A stretch of DNA of 64,000 nt. Source: Oceanispirochaeta sp. GTDB taxonomy: Bacteria; Spirochaetota; Spirochaetia; DSM-2461. Location: assembly GCA_963666275.2 (NCBI GenBank), contig CAXXOA010000002.1, positions 1,344,001 through 1,408,000 on the forward strand, in the 5' to 3' direction. Below the pieces are notes generated by a model. It was given only the letters and a program-made list of their open reading frames with translations. It made no database searches and was not told where the DNA came from. Position 1 is the first letter of the stretch. Each line of letters begins with the position of its first letter. Both the position numbers and the translations under genes were made by a program. Below are positions 58,991 to 64,000 of this stretch, one piece after another.

Positions 58991-60229
58991 CTAGAGCTTT
59001 TCTATCTCTTCTCCCGGCCAGGCGTAGGAGGAGGGGAGTCCCAGTGTTCTGAGGGCACAGAGCCATTTATATCCCGACTCTCTCAGAGTGGGAAAGTCAA
59101 AAACATAGAATGTATCGTTGTGATAGAGTTCAACACGCTGTCTTGTCATCACGTTGATTCCCGACAGTTCTTTCAGAGTCAGTTTTTTCTGCTCATTCCC
59201 GTCGGAAAGCAGGATATGTTCTCTGTGAAGGGCGATTGTTCCCATACGGGTCCATTCCCGGGGGGCGCCTTTTTTATCGGCGATCCGGATAGTCATCCCC
59301 TGATCTTCCATGAAAGGTTTTCCCGTCTCATTCTTATAATAGGCATCCAGCAGATCCTTCAGGGTTACTTTCTGCCAGGCGTTCCACTCCCGGGGGGTGG
59401 GGAATCTCCCGGGGGTACCATTTCTGTTAGAAAAACGGTACCGGGAGGAAAGGGTCTGGCTGAATCCGCAGGAGCCGCAGGAGATGGTGTCTCCCCGGGA
59501 ACTCAGGGTAGCAACCTCCCGGCATTCAGGGCAGATATACAGGAGATTCTCCAGATATTCAGCGGTTTCGGGGGATCTGTACTCCCAGTTCCGATTCTCA
59601 ATGAGGCTGTATTCGTCCGTTTCAATCAGTCCTGTCAGCTTTTCGTAAATCTCATCGGGACTCAGTTGTTTCAGCTCCGATCCATCGGGGAAGAGCGGGT
59701 GGATCGTCAGCTCTATGGGGCCTTTCCGTATGCCTCTGGCCCAGCGGGGCTGGACCGAATAGGCTCCCGAATGAATGGGGACAAACACGGGGATCTTCAA
59801 CAGCTTCAGGAGTTTTGCCGTGGAATAGTAAAGGGGAAGCGGTCCCCCGTCCCAGGACATCTGTCCCTCCGGATAGATGCAGATAATCTTTCGTTTTTCT
59901 TTCAGAGCCATCATATGCCTGATGGCGCCCAGATCGCTTTTGGCTTTGGCTTTGGGAAAAGCCCCCAGGGCTCTCATGAAAAAGCGGCCCGGATTTTTTC
60001 TGAAATGGGAATCCGCTGCCATATAATGGACAGGATCCCTGATTTTCAGACCGAGAAGAACCATGTCCCATTTCATCATATGATTGGGAAGAAGGATGTA
60101 GGGAGGTTTCATCTCCTTCAGGATTTCAGGGTTTGTCAGTTTTACGGGATAGTGTCTGTTAAACCAGGGGGCGACCAGATTTTTCAGAAAGCCGTGAAGT
60201 AGAGGGTTGAAGGTGTGAATTTTATTCAT
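58991..60229 (-). CDS. Lysophospholipid/glycerol acyltransferase (PlsC-like) with Zn-ribbon extension
   Basis: 'NHMMKWD', 'YPEG', 'CPEC..CGSC'. Confidence 0.85.
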   Translation of the reverse strand: MNKIHTFNPLLHGFLKNLVAPWFNRHYPVKLTNPEILKEMKPPYILLPNHMMKWDMVLLGLKIRDPVHYMAADSHFRKNPGRFFMRALGAFPKAKAKSDLGAIRHMMALKEKRKIICIYPEGQMSWDGGPLPLYYSTAKLLKLLKIPVFVPIHSGAYSVQPRWARGIRKGPIELTIHPLFPDGSELKQLSPDEIYEKLTGLIETDEYSLIENRNWEYRSPETAEYLENLLYICPECREVATLSSRGDTISCGSCGFSQTLSSRYRFSNRNGTPGRFPTPREWNAWQKVTLKDLLDAYYKNETGKPFMEDQGMTIRIADKKGAPREWTRMGTIALHREHILLSDGNEQKKLTLKELSGINVMTRQRVELYHNDTFYVFDFPTLRESGYKWLCALRTLGLPSSYAWPGEEIEKL

Positions 60230-60255
60230 CCTGCTTCCTTTTTACTTGGGGGGTG

Positions 60256-60663
60256 TTAAAATTCAAAGTCCTCGGGAAGAGGATTGTAGTGCATATCAAT
60301 ATCATCGATTGTCCACTCCGGGGGGAGTTTGAATGCCTCAATGACCTGCTGATGCTCTTTTTCGCTGAAATCATCGCCGTGATAGATCACAAACTTCTGT
60401 TTTTTAAAGAGATAGATGACACGGCCCCGGGGAATCAGATCGTATTCGGATCTCAGAGTTAATGGCAGTTTTTTCAGAACGCCCTTTTTTTCCATCATAA
60501 ACCAGGCGGCATAGTGACCGACTTTATAGTCCACGCTGATGCTTGTAATCATTCCCTCTGTCACCGCTGCGGATTCATCGTAGAAGAGGGATCCCCTGTA
60601 GCACCAGAAAATACCCACCCGTGGTTCCGGATCCCGGGGGAGGAAGGGGAAGTCACTCATCAC
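60256..60663 (-). CDS. Conserved-looking hypothetical protein
   Basis: 'GIFW..GH..W..EYDLIPRGRVIY..D.HY'; overlaps the upstream gene end. Confidence 0.7.
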   Translation of the reverse strand: MMSDFPFLPRDPEPRVGIFWCYRGSLFYDESAAVTEGMITSISVDYKVGHYAAWFMMEKKGVLKKLPLTLRSEYDLIPRGRVIYLFKKQKFVIYHGDDFSEKEHQQVIEAFKLPPEWTIDDIDMHYNPLPEDFEF

Positions 60664-61873
60664 AGCCTCCGGAAATCTGGTTTAATAGGATATAGGGCAG
60701 GTTCCGGGTCAGCTCCTGCCAGAGTCTGTAATTCTCTTCATAAAGAACATACCCTTCCTCCAGTTCTGTCAGGAGGCTCTTATAGGCAGGAGAGCCGGGA
60801 ATCAGATCTGACATATCCGCCGCAGGCAGGTACCTGAGCCGGGGGGAATAGAGACTGTACTGAATCCCCTGTTTCATTAGATAGGATTTGAGGGCGTCTG
60901 TTCTGTAGTCAGGTCCGTAGCTGTTCATGATCACCGGTATGACCCGGCTGACAGGAGGTGCCTCCATTTCCGGCAGAACCGGTATCCGGCTGAGCACACC
61001 CTTCTGTTCGCTATGGTTTTCGGCGGGAAAAAAGAGGTACTGTCTGTCCCGGTCATGGGCAAACTGAAGGGTTTCGCTTTTTTCCCTGAAGTTTCCGCTA
61101 TTCAGCATTCCGGCGTAATACCGGGCTGTCCATTGCAAAGTCTCTTCGGACCAGCTGTAGCCGTAGCGGGATGCCATGATACTGAAAAAGAGTTCCGGAT
61201 TTATCCTGAGGCCTGCAGGGAGAACAAGGGTTCTCTCATCTCCCCGGTCACTGATAATCACACTTCTCAGTTTATAGGAAATCACATCATCCAGATCCAG
61301 CGGATCTGCAGGATGCAGTTCTGTAAAGGTAAAGTCGGGCAGGGGATCTCCCAGCATCTTCAGATGGAGGATTTCGTCCCGGATCCGCTCTTTTTCAAGG
61401 TACACAAGATCCACTTTATGCATTTCCGCCCAGGTTGTAAGAACCTCCCTGTATCCGGGCAGGTCCGGACGGGCCATGACTGTAAAAGTGGTTTTGCTGT
61501 CCCCGATCCCCTCTATACGGAGGCTCAGAGGGCTGCTGTAGAGGTCGGGCCCCGACTGGAGTGTCCACTGATCCCTCCCGGAGTAGACTAGGGTGCTTGC
61601 ATCCAGGCGGTCTTTCAGATCCTCTCCCTCCAGAAGGATCTCTCCCGCATCGGTGCGGATCCTCAGTGCATCCCAGCGTCTCATCAAAGGGGCCAGTTCC
61701 CGCAAAGGGATTCCCTTCTCTCTGAAGACGCCCTCGGCCCGGGGGATCAGAAAGCCTTCCAGAGCTTCAGCGGAATAGTGCTGCCAGAGCTCTCCGTTCA
61801 GATAGACATCCAGGGCGGGAAGGATACTCATGGGGAGTAAAAACAGTAGTAGAAGAAGCATTCCCTTTTTCAT
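60653..61873 (-). CDS. Exported hypothetical protein
   Basis: Signal peptide 'MKKGMLLLLLFLLP'; 406-aa ORF; no motif recognised. Confidence 0.7.
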   Translation of the reverse strand: MKKGMLLLLLFLLPMSILPALDVYLNGELWQHYSAEALEGFLIPRAEGVFREKGIPLRELAPLMRRWDALRIRTDAGEILLEGEDLKDRLDASTLVYSGRDQWTLQSGPDLYSSPLSLRIEGIGDSKTTFTVMARPDLPGYREVLTTWAEMHKVDLVYLEKERIRDEILHLKMLGDPLPDFTFTELHPADPLDLDDVISYKLRSVIISDRGDERTLVLPAGLRINPELFFSIMASRYGYSWSEETLQWTARYYAGMLNSGNFREKSETLQFAHDRDRQYLFFPAENHSEQKGVLSRIPVLPEMEAPPVSRVIPVIMNSYGPDYRTDALKSYLMKQGIQYSLYSPRLRYLPAADMSDLIPGSPAYKSLLTELEEGYVLYEENYRLWQELTRNLPYILLNQISGGCDE

Positions 61874-61986
61874 CAGTTTCGATTGTATCCTTTCCCAGAG
61901 TGGCTGGCAAGTACAGTTTTTCCGCCTCCCGGCTCCAGGGGCGCCGATTCTCTGGAAAAATCAGGCCTTTTATGGTACAAACGGCT

Positions 61987-63342
61987 ATGGCGTCTTCTTC
62001 CCGTCCTCATGCGGTACTAATAAATCCTCCTGTCTATGATTTTGCCCTCTATGATCTCTATCTGAAGCCCTATGGTCTTTTACGGATTGGCAGATGGCTC
62101 AGAGAGGCAGGTTACCAGGTGACTCATATCAATGCTCTCCAGTACGATGAGCCTGAAACAGAGCAGGCTCTGGGCAGGGTTATGAGGAAGAGGGACGGCA
62201 CCGGGAAGTTTTTCAGACAGCATGAGCCCTATCCTGAAAATCTGTTTTCAATTCCCCGCAGCTTTGCCCGTTACGGGATCCTCCGGGAGGTTTTCAGAAA
62301 GAAACTCCGCAGCCTGCCGACGCCGCCCGATCTGATCCTCATAACGACAGGCATGACCTACTGGTACAAGGGGGTGCAGGAAGCTGCCGGACTCTGCCGG
62401 GAGCTTTATCCCGATGTGCCTCTGGGTGTGGGAGGAGTCTATGCCACTCTGATGGAGGAGCACTGCCGGAAAGCTGTGTCTCCCGATTTTATCACTTCCG
62501 GAAGTATCTGGCCGGGGATTGTGCCGGAGCTTGAAAAAAGGGGGCTTCCCGTACCGGGGTCTCCTCCTCCGGAAGAACCGGATACGGATGATCCTGTCTG
62601 GAGAGGCAGCGGAGTACTCCGGCTCAATGAGGGCTGCCCCTTTCACTGCGACTACTGTGCCTCCAATCTGCTCTCTCCCTCGTTCTGCGGCGGAGAGGCC
62701 TCCCGGGCGGTGCAGGTTCTGGAAAAGATGGTTTCCCGATGGGGAACCCGGAATTTCGCTTTTTACGATGATGCCCTCCTTGTGAATAAAAAGAAGGTCT
62801 TTCATCCCTTTCTGGAAGAGGTCATTGCTCTGGACAGGAATCTGAAATTCTATAATCCCAATGCCCTTCATATCCGCTATCTGGATGAAGAGACCCTGAG
62901 GCTTATGATCCGGGCGGGTTTTCAGGAGATCCGTCTGGGCTTCGAGAGTGCGGATGACACCTTTCATGAACAGAAAGATGCCAAGGTGACGATGGATGTC
63001 TTCGCCCGGGCGGTGGATGCCCTGAAGGCTTCGGGTTTTCCTCTGAACAGAGCGGCTGTCTATATCCTGGCGGGACTGCCCGGACAGAGTCGGGAAGAGG
63101 TGGAACAGTCCATCCGCTATGCCGCCCGTTTCGGACTGCGCTGCCGTATCGCCCAGTATTCTCCAGTTCCGGGAACAGCGCTGTGGCAGGAGAGTCTAAA
63201 ACACAGCAGGTTCCCCCTGGAAGAGGAACCTCTGTATCATAACAATACCTTTTTCTCCATGGAGTGGGAGGGGTTTACCAGGCAGAACCTGGAAGACCTC
63301 AAAGCTCTGACCCTCTCACTCTATCAGAAGTCATCAGTGTAG
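61987..63342 (+). CDS. B12-binding-like radical SAM protein
   Basis: 'GCPFHCDYC' CxxxCxxC, 'GGVYAT', 'FYDD', 'LGFES'; start uncertain (61972 or 61987). Confidence 0.88.
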   Translation: MASSSRPHAVLINPPVYDFALYDLYLKPYGLLRIGRWLREAGYQVTHINALQYDEPETEQALGRVMRKRDGTGKFFRQHEPYPENLFSIPRSFARYGILREVFRKKLRSLPTPPDLILITTGMTYWYKGVQEAAGLCRELYPDVPLGVGGVYATLMEEHCRKAVSPDFITSGSIWPGIVPELEKRGLPVPGSPPPEEPDTDDPVWRGSGVLRLNEGCPFHCDYCASNLLSPSFCGGEASRAVQVLEKMVSRWGTRNFAFYDDALLVNKKKVFHPFLEEVIALDRNLKFYNPNALHIRYLDEETLRLMIRAGFQEIRLGFESADDTFHEQKDAKVTMDVFARAVDALKASGFPLNRAAVYILAGLPGQSREEVEQSIRYAARFGLRCRIAQYSPVPGTALWQESLKHSRFPLEEEPLYHNNTFFSMEWEGFTRQNLEDLKALTLSLYQKSSV

Positions 63343-64000
63343 GAAGCTGTCCATGGCGTTTTCCGGTTTCAGCTCTCTGTTGAGAATATCGTAAACCAGA
63401 CGGATAATCGGCAGCTTCAGGTTATGTTTCTCACCCAGCTGCATGGCATGGCGGGCGGCTACAGCCCCTTCGGGAAGGTATCCAATCGATCCTATATTTG
63501 CAATCAGGTCGTCAATACCTGAAAAATTCTCGTGAATTCTTTTCAGAATGATCTCCCGTCCGAAACGTCTGTTCCGGCCGTGGATGGACCGGCAGGTTAC
63601 ATCCAGATCTCCCACTCCGGCAATGGACGTGAATGTTTCGGGATGGGTTGATCCCAGAGCTTTTCCCAGCAGCTGTATTTCGTTGAGACCTGCGGCAAAC
63701 AGGAAGGATTCCGTATTGTCTCCCACACTGGATGTGGTTTCCTTCAGGGCATCCAGGATCCCGAAGGCAATGGCGATCACGTTTTTTACCGCCGCACTGG
63801 TCTGGACTCCCACGATGTCCAGTGAAGAGAAAAGCCTGGTGTAGGGAGAACTCAGAAGCTCTCTGAACTCAATGGAGTTCCGGGGATTCTGGGAGGCGCT
63901 TATCAGACCGGTGATTTTTTCGGCACCGATCTCTTCCGCATGGCTGGGTCCTGATATGTAGACCAGGTTTCCTTTATAGGAACCGGGCAGGTAGTTTTCC
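63334..64000 (-). CDS. gpsA: NAD(P)H-dependent glycerol-3-phosphate dehydrogenase (3' part; 5' end beyond the window)
   Basis: 'SGPSHAEE', 'AVKNVIAIA', 'GDN', 'AGVGDLDVTC.S..GRNRRFG'. Confidence 0.92.
   Translation of the reverse strand, partial: ENYLPGSYKGNLVYISGPSHAEEIGAEKITGLISASQNPRNSIEFRELLSSPYTRLFSSLDIVGVQTSAAVKNVIAIAFGILDALKETTSSVGDNTESFLFAAGLNEIQLLGKALGSTHPETFTSIAGVGDLDVTCRSIHGRNRRFGREIILKRIHENFSGIDDLIANIGSIGYLPEGAVAARHAMQLGEKHNLKLPIIRLVYDILNRELKPENAMDSFLH

Overview
Bacterial chromosome segment, most likely from a free-living spirochaete (Spirochaetia-style solute-binding-protein N-terminus 'FSAGQQE', a eukaryote-type hexokinase, and a sigma28-like promoter; taxon is inferred, not verified). 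It has two compositional zones. Zone 1, bases ~1-15,518, is visibly AT-rich and ends at an intact tyrosine integrase next to the 3' end of tRNA-Pro(GGG), so it looks like the right arm of an integrated island. Its cargo is a nitrosative-stress cluster (permease pair, Crp/Fnr HcpR-like regulator, YgbA-like protein, hcp), four iteron-like palindromes plus an AT-rich tract, a broken nuclease/Ser-Thr kinase/unknown-gene operon interrupted by an IS3 element without target duplication, and a TRAP-FAD oxidoreductase-LacI catabolic unit with visible operators. Zone 2, ~15,600-64,000, is higher-GC core genome: HD-GYP, U32, polB, lnt, pepD, a LacI/ABC/sulfatase unit, tcdA, TatD, sbcB, fumarase subunits, RND efflux with a two-component system, ltaE, rlmH, hexokinase, a hybrid kinase, an RNB nuclease, an acyltransferase, a radical SAM protein and gpsA. 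The strongest unexplained non-coding signals are a ~1-kb hierarchical repeat array with REP-like palindromes after sbcB (not CRISPR), an orphan sigma70-driven small RNA candidate with two anti-Shine-Dalgarno loops (48.79-48.96 kb), and a possible sigma28-driven small RNA (19.98-20.10 kb). All protein family calls come from motif recognition by eye; no database search was run.
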